A stretch of DNA of 63,486 nt, counting the filler, from Reticulomyxa filosa (lineage: Eukaryota; Protista; Foraminifera): the NCBI GenBank assembly GCA_000512085.1. It is 23 parts of 23 records of this genome, joined end to end, with 100 filler letters (N's around TTAATTAATTAA, not from the genome) between each part and the next. Parts side by side here need not be neighbours in the genome. Positions count along the whole stretch, not along the records: positions 8,913 to 14,625 come from ASPP01005404.1; positions 14,726 to 19,039 come from ASPP01025911.1; positions 19,140 to 26,984 come from ASPP01001261.1; 20 more parts are not named here. The stretch is one strand, 5' to 3'. The translations under genes and the position numbers were made by a program. Position 1 is the stretch's first letter. Each line of letters opens with the position of its first letter. The notes beneath the pieces are model-generated. The model ran no database searches, was not told the DNA's origin, and saw only the letters and a program-made list of their open reading frames with translations. Below, in pieces: positions 12,770 through 23,833 of this stretch.

Positions 12770-13535
12770 CTCACACGAGCTGCAATACCGAACTTTGTAA
12801 TACGTATTTGCGATTTTTCGTGTGGCAAAATCGAACAAAAGCCAAACATTTGTTTTTTCGTTTGGTGACACAATGCACCATTTCGAGACTTAAGGCTGCT
12901 GATGCTGTAACTCGCACATCTCCAGCTACCGCTTTCTCGTCATACACACAACAAAGTACAACATTGGTTAAGTGTACAGACAAACACATCATTTATTTTA
13001 TAACACATATGTACATCAAATAGCCCTGTCATACCCGGATTTGCCCAATCTCGCGCTTTGTCATGGATGGTAAAGTTGTAAATAAATTGTTCTAACGAAT
13101 CTAGTTTTTATACATACAAAAAAAAACACAATGCTTTGTATACGTGCGGCTGTGTTTTAAACGATAACCCTCTTCTCAAAAATTGGAGTTACAAACTGCT
13201 GTTCGTATGTAAATGCAACTCCAATAACAGAACATTTAACTTATATCTCGTCCTATATTTTCATCTGCAAACTGTTTACTGCACTCACTCGCAAACCATT
13301 GGATAACTGCGCCTGCTATTGTTCGTACTTTTCCCAAACTTCCTTCTTTATGCAACAATCGCAAATTTATCATGTCTTCCATCCAATTTTGTCTCACGAT
13401 TCTTGTGCATGTCTCCACATCAACTACCGCGTTCAACAACTTTTTTGCTGCTTCCATCAATTGATCCACATTTGTATTATTTGAGAAGTGATTACTTGGA
13501 TTCTCTTGGATGCGACATTTGGAAATGTCTGCCAT
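12770..13535 (-). pseudogene. Upstream exon fragments, probably from the same gene as 11047-12216
   Basis: Same-strand coding-like blocks (13236-13535, 13030-13080, 12770-12990) separated by AT-rich intron-like DNA, with stops and frameshifts. Confidence 0.35.
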
Positions 13536-14329
13536 CGGCTGCCTATTTCAGTTTTATTTTTCAAACATTGTTATAGTTTTGAACAAAATTTGTTTTCAAT
13601 GTGCTCGTGATTTAAAAGGTACAAAAGTTTTTTCCACTAAAAAAGTTGTACTTACTGCTGAGTTCTTTTTTGTCGGCAAAAAAGAAAGTATACAGCTGCA
13701 GGGGTTGGCATATTCTAATATCACCCCCAAATACAGGTTAGATAAGGAAGACGGCGAAAAGAAAAAGAAAAAGGAAAAAAAACCCTTTTTTTTTGTTCAG
13801 TAAAACGTAACGTGCTTACTAAAAAGATGCAATTTTTGAAATAATTTGATATTTTGGATGAAGTAAAGAATTGTTCTTTTTTCTTTTTTTTTCTATGAAA
13901 GTGAAAAAGTCTTCCTTTTCTTCAAAAAAAATTATGCTTCTGAAGATGTGGTCTTCAAATTTACACAACATGGAGCTCACTCTCAAATAACTCCTTCTTC
14001 AATGTATTCCTCTGCAAAAGTGCAAAAGAATATCAGATTTTTGTATACGTAATGAACATTGCAAAGTATAGTGACCTTCTTTAGCACAAATGCATCCATT
14101 CATATATCTTGTCACTGTATCCCGTTTTGTTTTTTATCTTCTTTAATTAACACACAACATGTTTTTACAATTGAATTTCTAAAAGGCAAATCAGACTTCT
14201 AAATTTAGACAGATAATCTTTTTGTAGATCGAATTTGAATTTTTAATTAAGTTTTGTGTGGCATAACTTTTGGCTGGATTGAAAAGGGAGTCAAATACAA
14301 ATTTTTACTGAACTCTTTGCTTGAAAGTA

Positions 14330-14625
14330 ATGGATGTTGGTGATAATACTCGTTTCTTTGTCTTTGCTCTCCCTCCTGTGCTTACTGAAGCAGAAGTAAA
14401 AGAACATTTTGAAGCGATTAGACCTGTTTCAGACATATTTTTTCCTAGAAACAAGTTATATATTTTGTAAAATCAATACACAACATTTACAAACATTGTA
14501 AATATGAAAAAATAGAAAACGTTGCGCATTTGTAGGCTATCACAACAACAGAGATGCAAAAATTGCAATACAAAAATTGAATGGATCATATCGAATTTTT
14601 GTAAAGTTTGCAAATGAGATTATAT
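14330..14625 (+). CDS. RRM-domain RNA-binding protein, 2 exons (3'-partial; absent from the ORF track)
   Basis: Exon 14330-14454 plus exon 14516-14625 (intron GTTATA...AAATAG, phase 2) translate to MDVGDNTRFFVFALPPVLTEAEVKEHFEAIRPVSDIFFPRNKKRCAFVGYHNNRDAKIAIQKLNGSYRIFVKFANEII. RNP2 is FFVFAL and RNP1 is KRCAFVGY. Confidence 0.85.
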
Positions 14626-14725
14626 NNNNNNNNNNNNNNNNNNNNNNNNNNNNNNNNNNNNNNNNNNNNTTAATTAATTAANNNNNNNNNNNNNNNNNNN
14701 NNNNNNNNNNNNNNNNNNNNNNNNN

Positions 14726-16265
14726 AAACACATACTTGTATCCTCATCATCTTCTAATGAAATGGATGGGATATTTGTTTCTGGTTCACAGACATAAACA
14801 CGCAGTTTCCTTTCTGGTAGTCTACTTCTGTTGTCGTCTTTGTTTGCAATTTGTTGATACTCTTTCAGTAGAGTGCTAATGTCTGCATCTTCGGTTAACT
14901 CTTGAAATTCTTTCACAATTTTCCAACGCTTTTGCATTCCTTTGGATGAATTTTTTTCCAACATTTGTACAATCTCTGATGGAACACCACACCGAGTTCG
15001 TATGCACGCCTCAATCACTTTCTTCACACAAGTAAATACGTTTTCAATTGAATTGCTCGTAAATCGTGCAAAGCCTACGATTACAAGGAGTGAAAAAAAA
15101 AAAAAAGATTCTATTTTTTCAAAAAAAACAAACGTGCTTTACACAAACAAAAAAATAAAATATATGCAACAACTTCTCTTATTCGAGGCTTGATTGGCAT
15201 CATTAAAAGCTTTCAGTGCTTGCATTGCACTTCCCGAAAGTGGGATTGCTCGCATTTTCCGTCTGTTCAAATCCAAATAAAACAAAGCAAAGCAAAAGTG
15301 TGCAAATTGTCTGTTACAATTTACAAAAATAAAAAACCAAACGGCGGAGTGTGTGACATCAGTTTCACGTGTGTTGGGTGCCACTTATCATTTATCAATC
15401 GCAAACGAAATTGTACAATATCATCTCCTCTTGGCTCCACTTTCGGTATTGGAGTTACTCCAGCTTTCCAAAAGACCACCTTTATTGCCATTTTTAAATT
15501 TGGACATGTAAGCAAATACCTTTGTGAATAATACATACATATGTACATATATACATATATATATATATATTGCACACTTTTTGCTCCTGTCCTCTTGAAT
15601 GCATTGAAAGTGGTACAATTTGAGTTGTTGACTCTTCACTAGATACTGAAATGCCTTTAGAATACATTTCTGGAAACTGTATATCATGTATTGTCACAGT
15701 GCTTGATTCATTGATAGAATAATAACACTCAATTTCATCTCCTTCTTCTATTTCCAAATGTTTCCATTTTTCATCACTCAAGTGGATCATTACTTGTATA
15801 TTGTTCTATTGCATCGGGATATATATATAATTTTTTTTTTTAAAAGTCGATTTTTTTTGTAATATACGTAGTAATTGTACCTTTAATGTCACATAGGCGC
15901 TGTTAGTTGTTTTTGTTACTTTGGAAACCAGCACAACTTCTTTGCTTCTGTTTTTTTTTTTAAAATATTGCTTGTTTAACTATCCAGTAGTACATAATTC
16001 ATAAGACATACTTCTCAGGAATTGGAATGTTTGATTTTTTGGATATGTTCTTGATTGCATTGAACAGCCTCTTTTTTGTTGCTGTTTGTAATTTCACTTT
16101 TTTTAACACATCTTCCCAGTCTGTTTCTGTTTGTTCGGCAACGTCCTCTACAGATTTACAGTCTTGATCATCACGAAGCACTTTGCACAATGCCTCTGCA
16201 TGTTCCTGTTTCATTTCAACAGGTGGATTTTTCAAGAAGGACAATATTTCGTCTTCCATGTCCAC
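14726..16265 (-). CDS. Multi-exon hypothetical protein with a SAM-like N-terminus and possible cold-shock-like OB folds (3'-partial, at least one frameshift)
   Basis: Six coding blocks on the minus strand separated by AT-rich introns. EHAEALCKVLRDDQDCKSVEDVAEQTETDWEDVLKKVKLQTATKKRLFNAI is SAM-like. Confidence 0.5.
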
Positions 16266-17570
16266 CAGATATGGAATAAATAAAAATCTTTTTGCAGAAC
16301 TTTTCCTTTACCCAAATAATCTTTTCTAATTGTTTCAATCTTTTATTGGTTTTTGTAAATTTTTGAACAGTTTTGCTTGTATTGTAACCATTAAATTTGA
16401 AAAATTCTTTTAAAGCGTTTAAAGATATTTCTTGGTATACATTTATTTCAAAAAAAGAATAATTAAATCAAAAGAGAATATAAATGACAAAACAACAGTA
16501 AACGAAAAAACTGGCTAAAGAGTGAAAGTAACTAAGGTTAAGATAAAAGGGGTCTTCAGTGAGCTTTGCTCTACAACCCAATAGTACAAGAAATCGAATG
16601 TGGAAACTATAAATCTTTATTGAATTCTTTTTTAAAGCACAATTGAATTGCTTGTATCCTACAAGAACATTGATTTTAAAAGCAATATTAAATAATATTT
16701 TCATCAAATATTTGGATGTATTTTGATTCAAAAAGAAATATTTAACAAAAAGAATAATAAATATTGATGTTGTTCTCTTGATATAAACGACAATGTTGAA
16801 ATTGTATAAATCTTTTGAACACGTACAATACCAAAAACTAGCAAACAATAGTAAATGTGATATTATATTTATTTCAAGAACAATGTTAATTGACATGATC
16901 TGGTACCACAGCTTCCAAACTTTACAGTTTTTTTTAAAATCTGGTTACAAATCAAACCTGTATTACCAAGATGAAATTTTTAAATCTTTTTGTTTTTTTT
17001 TAGGAATCTTTAAGCCATGTAGATACTTTTTAAAAAAATTGGCATTGTATCTTTAGTAGTTTTTAAAAAACTCAACAATTAAAAACTTAGTTTTAAAAAT
17101 TTTTTGTAAAATGTAAATTTTAACTTTGAAGTTTTATTTGATGTAAATTTTTTTGCATTTTTATTTATTTTTGAGCTTTGTTTTTTTATAATCTAAACAA
17201 TAAAACATAATGTTTAGCATATCATTTTTAATATTTTTTATCAATTTTATAACTGATTTCATTCATAACTCCTTTTGAGTCAAGCAAATTCAAATCGTGA
17301 TATTGTTTTTATTAAACATAGTCTTTTTAATTTTGACTTAGATAAATAAATTCTTATTTTATCAAAAAATATACTTTTCAAAATAATCTACAATCCGACA
17401 TTTAAACATATTTATTAATTCAAAACGCATGATAATAGAAATATCTTCCATCTATTGTCACTTTGATGTTGTCAATAATAACAGCTCTGTTTTGTGCATA
17501 TAACATTGATTGGAGTATATCAACGACGAACTTCAAACTTCTATTACAATTATATCAATCAAATATTATA

Positions 17571-17606
17571 CATTAGGATAAAAAAGAAAGTTGACACCTT
17601 ATAGAG
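17571..17606 (+). mobile_element. Truncated Tc1 TIR fragment (subtype II)
   Basis: TA-CATTAGGATAAAAAAGAAAGTTGAC-ACCTTATAGA matches the element end at 29978 (CCGTAGGATAAAAAAGAAAGTTGAAC...ACCTTATA) with an internal deletion. Confidence 0.6.
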
Positions 17607-19139
17607 ACTATTGTGTTTCTACATATCACTCACAAATTAATGTAATGTTATAACGTTTTCACATGTACCTAAAAGATAGATTAGTTGCTATTGAAGCATG
17701 TCGTGATTTAGATTTCACAAAAGGCGATTCTTGTGATTTCTTGCAACCTTGCAAAAGCAGATGCAAATATTGCGAAGTAGTGAGTTGCGAGAACAAAATG
17801 TTTATAATATAAAACGAATAAAAGCATGAATATAATTTCGAAATTGGAAATTGTATTATTTTTTGTGGGAGATCAAAGAATTAGTAATAAAGCAAGTTAA
17901 TGCCAAAATGTCGGACATTATGTTGTCATTCAGCGCAATAGTCCAGTAAATTTTAAAATAAAAAGTAACAACGGAATTGAAAAATTTTGCATATATCAAA
18001 GCTGAAGAAAATAAATTCTCAACAGGAGCAAAAAGAACAACAACCATTTTTATTGGATTACTGGACAAAATGCCACCTTCATTAGAACCATCTGGTAAAT
18101 CACCACCTTAATTGAAGCCGATAAACACTTCCGAAGATATTGAAATCTTTGAACTGCAAGTGTCGAAAGCCAAGTAGGGACACAATCAAAGAAAAGATCT
18201 CAAATAACAATTAAGTTATTTATTAAATATATTTTTAAGATATACATTTAGATATGTACTTGTTATTTTGTATCCTTTCTTTGAAAAAAAGCAAATCATT
18301 TTGTTTGAGTTCACAAGGAAAGGCCTATTGAGTGTTTTGATTGTTCCACTTCAGTTTTTTTTTGTTTTTTGTCTAACTATTAACTACAAAAAAACTGCGT
18401 GAACTTAACAAGTGTAGGACAAGTCCCTATTATGAGTATCTGAACGTCAAGGGAACAGAGGAATCCCCAGTAGGTTAAACTTCCTCAATAAACTGCTTCT
18501 TACTTTATTGCTTTTCTTTACTTTTCTTTAGTTATCTTGTTTTATTAATTAAATTTCTTTCGTTTTACGAAATCCTTATTCTCTTCTTAGTAAACACCTC
18601 TCGTATTACAGTTAGTGTACCCACACAAGACTAAAAAAAAATCTGGTAAAGACAATTAATATTGCAACCCTTTTAAAATGTTTGGTAATACTGCTCAAGG
18701 TATTGTCTATCATCAACAATGAAAAACCACTTTTAGAACTCAATCAGTCTCATTTTTATTTGATTTATTCATTGTTTGTTTTTGTTATTCTATACAGTTA
18801 TTTATTTAAAATAAAAAAATAAAATCACTAAATCAGGATGAATTGCAAAATATAAAAACAAAAACTATTTATATGGAGTAAAAATTGGTTTAATGATAAT
18901 TCAAAAATTATTTTAAAAATCATGTTTAGTTGGATATTTTTCATTATTATTTATTTCAAATACATTCTTGATCAATTAACAGCATTCCGCTTTACACTAA
19001 GAATACATTGTTACCTTTGATGAGATTATTCTAAAATAANNNNNNNNNNNNNNNNNNNNNNNNNNNNNNNNNNNNNNNNNNNNTTAATTAATTAANNNNN
19101 NNNNNNNNNNNNNNNNNNNNNNNNNNNNNNNNNNNNNNN

Positions 19140-19298
19140 AAAAAAAAGTTATTAAAAAACTAATTTCATATTTAAAAACTACAAGATTTATAGATATTTA
19201 AAAAAAAAAATTAGATCTAAATGTTGATTTTTCATGAGAAAATCAATTATCATCATATGATATCGTTTTAGGCGTTCAGTTTTCTTTGCAACCTACTG
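19140..19298 (-). mobile_element. Tc1-family element end (TIR subtype I plus subterminal region), inserted at a TA
   Basis: Ends ...GATATCGTTTTAGGCGTTCAGTTTTCTTTGCAACCTACTG-TA. Closely similar to 42937-43067 and to both arms of the 30024-30134 MITE. Confidence 0.85.
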
Positions 19299-19300
19299 TA

Positions 19301-19889
19301 TTTGCTTCAACGATCAAATTTTGTTATTTTTATTATTGCATTTTCGGTAAGTGGTGCTACTCGTTTTTTATAAGCATGAACCCTTTTATCATCACCTTTT
19401 AAATTAATTTTGCTTTCATTATATAAAAGCTCTTTTTCCCAATTATCGAATGTTAATCACTTGTACTTCTTTGCAAAATCAAGTCTTATTATTTTTAAAA
19501 TAGTCTTTTCTTCAAAGTATCTGTTTTTCCGAAGCATCCTGGTTATTGCTGCACATGAAATGAAAAGACTAATCGAATAAGGTTTTGCTTTTACTTCTTC
19601 AGCTGTAACATATTTGCCAGTAACAATCAACAGTCTAACAAGACGTTGAATTTGTTCTAGTACTTAAATGATTTCAAATATCGAACTATACTGAATTTAA
19701 AAAAAATGGACAAAATATTGAAATAATTAGTAAATATTTAATAAAAAACCAAATTCAAAATTATATTTAAAAACTACATGATTCGTAGATATTTTTAAAA
19801 ATAGTTCTTGACGTTGTCTTTTATGAAGAAAATCAATTATCCATATAAGGTACAGTTTTATGTTTCAACTTTACTTATTTGTAGTACTG
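19301..19889 (-). mobile_element. Decayed Tc1 transposon, 5' part (TIR subtype II plus transposase fragment)
   Basis: Minus-strand translation of ~19660-19301: LEQIQRLVRLLIVTGKYVTAEEVKAK..ISCAAITRMLRKNRYF..IRLDFAKKYK*LTFDNWEKELLYNESKINLKGDDKRVHAYKKR..IIKITKFDR*S. This matches the Tc1 second HTH and the SDESK first-aspartate region. TIR ends in ACTG at 19886-19889. Confidence 0.88.
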
Positions 19890-21630
19890 TCATATCAGAT
19901 AATTGTCTTAATTATGAAATTGTATAATACTTAGAATAGTAAAAAAATTTTATTGAACTTTGTTTTAGTTTGTCATTTTTGTACATAAAAAGTTTCTAAT
20001 CAATACAATTATTACCTTTGTCCAATTAATTAAATTACACAGTGCTTAAAGACATTCTACATATTGTACAGTTGTTTTTTTCGACGAAAGTTGCTGTCTT
20101 ACTGTCATGTTTGTTTGAAAGAGGTAGCACACTTGTAATTCTGAGTTTAATATGATTTACTTGTAACACAAACTTGACTAAGTAAACCAACGACGAAAAC
20201 AAATTGTTTGACAAAGTACAAGTTTTAGTCAAAAGGAGCCTCGTGTCTGAGTAGCACTTTGTTCTTACACAATATTACTTTTTGTGTTATTTTTTGTTAA
20301 TTATGCCTTTGGAGATTTTTTAAAAACAATCTTGTAGTTTCTTTTTTGTGCTGATATATTGTTGCATGGTTCACCTATCTAAAAAGAATATATTCTCAGA
20401 AAAGTATTGAAATTTTGTAAAAATTCGACACAATGCAATATTTTTTGCACGGAGTATATTCTTTTAAATCTTACTGCTGTTAGTTCGTTTTACTGCAAAA
20501 GGCTTAATTTGTACACGGAAGAACCCGACCCAGTTCTTTTTTGTGTCGATATTGCTCAATCTATTGTCAACATCTCTCATTTGTGATTGGAAGAATCATT
20601 GGAAAGAAAATGGCTTGGTATCCAATCAATACTTTCTATCGCATCTTGCCGTGCGCTGTTCTATTTACGGGCAATGCCGCGTGGCAGAGTGTGACGGTAC
20701 GCATTAAAAAATGTTTGAAAACTGATTGCCATTTTGCCACACGTTGAATAATACATCATACACTAACAGCCAGAATACGTTCGCTTGAGACAGAGATTAA
20801 AACAGAACGCGTACACATACGTTCATCCCAAAGAATTAGAAGCAATCAAACTTAAGAAAGAAAAGGAAGCAACACCTGCCATTGATGAAAACTGATGGCG
20901 TTGCTTGTTTCAAATAACCTTGTGTTTATTTTTGTGGTTTCAATTGAGGGCGGGATCACGTGACAGTTGATTATTTGGAATGTTTCGATTTTTCCTCCTT
21001 TTTCAAACAAAAATAAAAGGGGGTTTTTGTGGTTTAACATTTCTGTCATTCCACACAAAAATCACATCACTTTGCCCTTTTTGAAATTATTGCAATTTCG
21101 TTTAAGTTTCAAATCTTTTGAAGTGCAAAGGACATCTTAACTTTCAAAAGGCTATTTTGTGAAACTAATTAAATTTGGGCTGTGCTATTGACCTATTAGG
21201 TAAATTAATATTTGAGGATACAACTGCATCAAAAATTTTAAAAATGTCGTGCTGAAAAAGTAAGAGCTTCGACAATGCAAGCATAAAATAAAGAACAATA
21301 AATCTAATATACGCAAACAATGTTATTTGTCAAAACATAACAAAATTACCACATAGAAAAGCAGTAATAGAGAAACAAATTTGCTTTTGGCATGGTATTG
21401 TTTGTTTTTGCTGCAGAGACAGCCAAGTTAGTTATTGATTGGTAAAGAGAAACAATGATAACCAATTACGCAATGATAGGGACAAAATAATAAAAACAAA
21501 AACAGGAACCAAAAATAGGTGATCCTTCGCAAATTTTTCCATAAACAGAACAATAGTGATAAAAAAAAGAAATAAATAAACAGTTTGGAAGATTAATTAT
21601 CGCCCGGCTTTGAAACACTCCAGAAAGTAT

Positions 21631-23833
21631 TTAGCTCAAAATTTCGCTTCTGCTCCTGCTTCTAGTTCTACTTCTGGTTCTGCTTCGACTTCTACTTTGG
21701 CTTCGATTTCTGCTCCTGCTTCTACTTCTGCTCCTACTTCGACTTAAGCTTTTGGTTCTAGCTCTGTTCCGATTTGAAATTTGGAAGTGATCGATTGTAC
21801 CTTTTTCAGAGGGACCCTCTTTGTATCTTTTGTTAAAGTGATTGGAAAAATAGTTTCTTTTGAGGCAATGACGAAAGTTTTTGGCACAGCAAAGAGAGTT
21901 GGACGTGGTTTTATGTTCGAAGTAGGAACTTCCCAAAGTGACAGCGTCAATTGCTTGTTTGGCAAACCATTGTTTGAAAGTGAAGGTATGATTTTTGTCG
22001 TCGGTACATTGGTTTGCAATCTTTTGAGTGCGATCCTCTCCGTAAACGAATTTGAAGTACGAGTACCAGTCTTGGCAATGTCGAAGCAAAAAGACAGACT
22101 GCTGTTGCAACCAAAGAATAATTTTGTTCAAAGCGTATTTGCAAGTGAAATCCAAGGTATTATCATGTTGAAGGGTCCATTCCAAAATGTGACAGTCGTG
22201 AAATGGAAATGGCAACTGTGAAAACGACCAAGAGAACGAAAAGCAAGAGTCAGAGCTGTGCAATACATATTCCAAACAAAGCAATTGCATCAGCAAATCG
22301 CGTCTCGAGTTTAATGTCAATGCTGAAATTTTTTGTAAATCGATGACATGTTCAAGGCTATCTAAGCAGTCTGCGTTATTTTCCTTGTTCGCAGGGCCAT
22401 TGTCATCGCTGTCATTTTTATTCTTTTGTAGTTGTTCGCAGGACTTCCAATTAGCATGTATCCAATGCGATATCAGTGGATACCATTGTTTTACGCTGCG
22501 CAAATGGAACTCGTCCTGTCCTCACACATACGCACACACACATAAGGTAATAGTGATGATATGAGTATTGGAAACAGGGAAGATAGAAACACAAAACACA
22601 AAACAAACAGCAAGTGCGGTGACAAAATCACTGCTGGTAATGTTAATGACATCATGCAAAATGGAATACAATGGCAACAGAATGCCAATGTCGGGGACTA
22701 AGTGCACGTGACGATAGGTCGGGCAAGTGGTGAATCTATAAATGTGCGAAATGCATTTTGTTTTGAGTGAATCGTTGTGGCAATGCAAATACCAATACAA
22801 ACTTCTCCATATGTGAACCACAGCCTCGAAATACGAAAACGCAATTACATTCGCTTGTGTTTCTTTCACGCATTCATGCATCATTTCTTGTTCTTTGTCT
22901 TTTGTCTTCGTGTCATTTTCATTTAACACGTTGTTCACTTCGTCATTTTCGTCTTCGTCCATATCCCCTTCTTCCTCTTCATCTTCCTCCTCCTCGTCCT
23001 TCTTCACATCGACGTCGTAATCGTTATGCTTTTGCAGCACTTGCTGCATCAGCGAATTCAGTAACGTCGTATGCGTCCAAATTATCAGCTCTTCTTTTTT
23101 ATCAAAGTATCTGTTTTTTATTTTATTTTTTAAAAAGGAGATATAACAATTGTATTTAAAAAAAATAAAGTTTAGAATGAAGAAACTTGAGTTTCGGATA
23201 AATTGACAATCGCTCACCGATTTTTTGGCATGTGTCATTTAAAATGTTTGTCCATGCATCGATCACAACATCCTTGGAACTTGTCAATAGTGGCAAAAAC
23301 CATAACTGTTTTCAAAACATACATATATTTGAAGAAAGCAGTTATATCTCGTTTTTCCAAAGTGTAATTTTTTTGGAAATATTTTGGGTCCCTCAATCTC
23401 TCAGAAATTTCTGAGACAAAAAAAAAACTTGGTCTGCTAGATCTGGCATTTCTTGCTGCATTTGTTGGAAGAGTTGAAAGTGAATCAAGCCTCCAGAGAT
23501 GCTGATCGCATTGGTACCTCTTGCATTGGCCGCGTTACAAATGATTTTGTATCCTCTTATACTTTGGTTCCGAGTTTCTTGATCTTTCGTTTCGACTAAG
23601 CCTTCATTCGGCACGGATTGAAATGGCAGTGGTTCCATGGATTTGGATTTGTCATCATTGTCATTGCTCGAAAGACTTACTACGGAGTCACTTGAATGTG
23701 TTGTTGCCGCCGTTGTTGATAGTGGCATTTCGTCTGAATCCAAACTCCAATCCAATAAATCGTGAAGAGACGCATCGTCGTTAGTATCACACGGCCAACC
23801 AAACACAAATGGGGTCGTTGCACTGTTTGACAA
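21631..23833 (-). CDS. Multi-exon hypothetical protein with a C-terminal RS-dipeptide tail
   Basis: Consecutive same-strand ORFs (23833-23393, 23238-22522, 22503-21631) with intron-like gaps and an acidic tract. C-terminus SRSRSRSRSRSRNRSQSRSRSRTRSRTRSRSRS. Frame breaks around 23230-23400. Confidence 0.55.
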
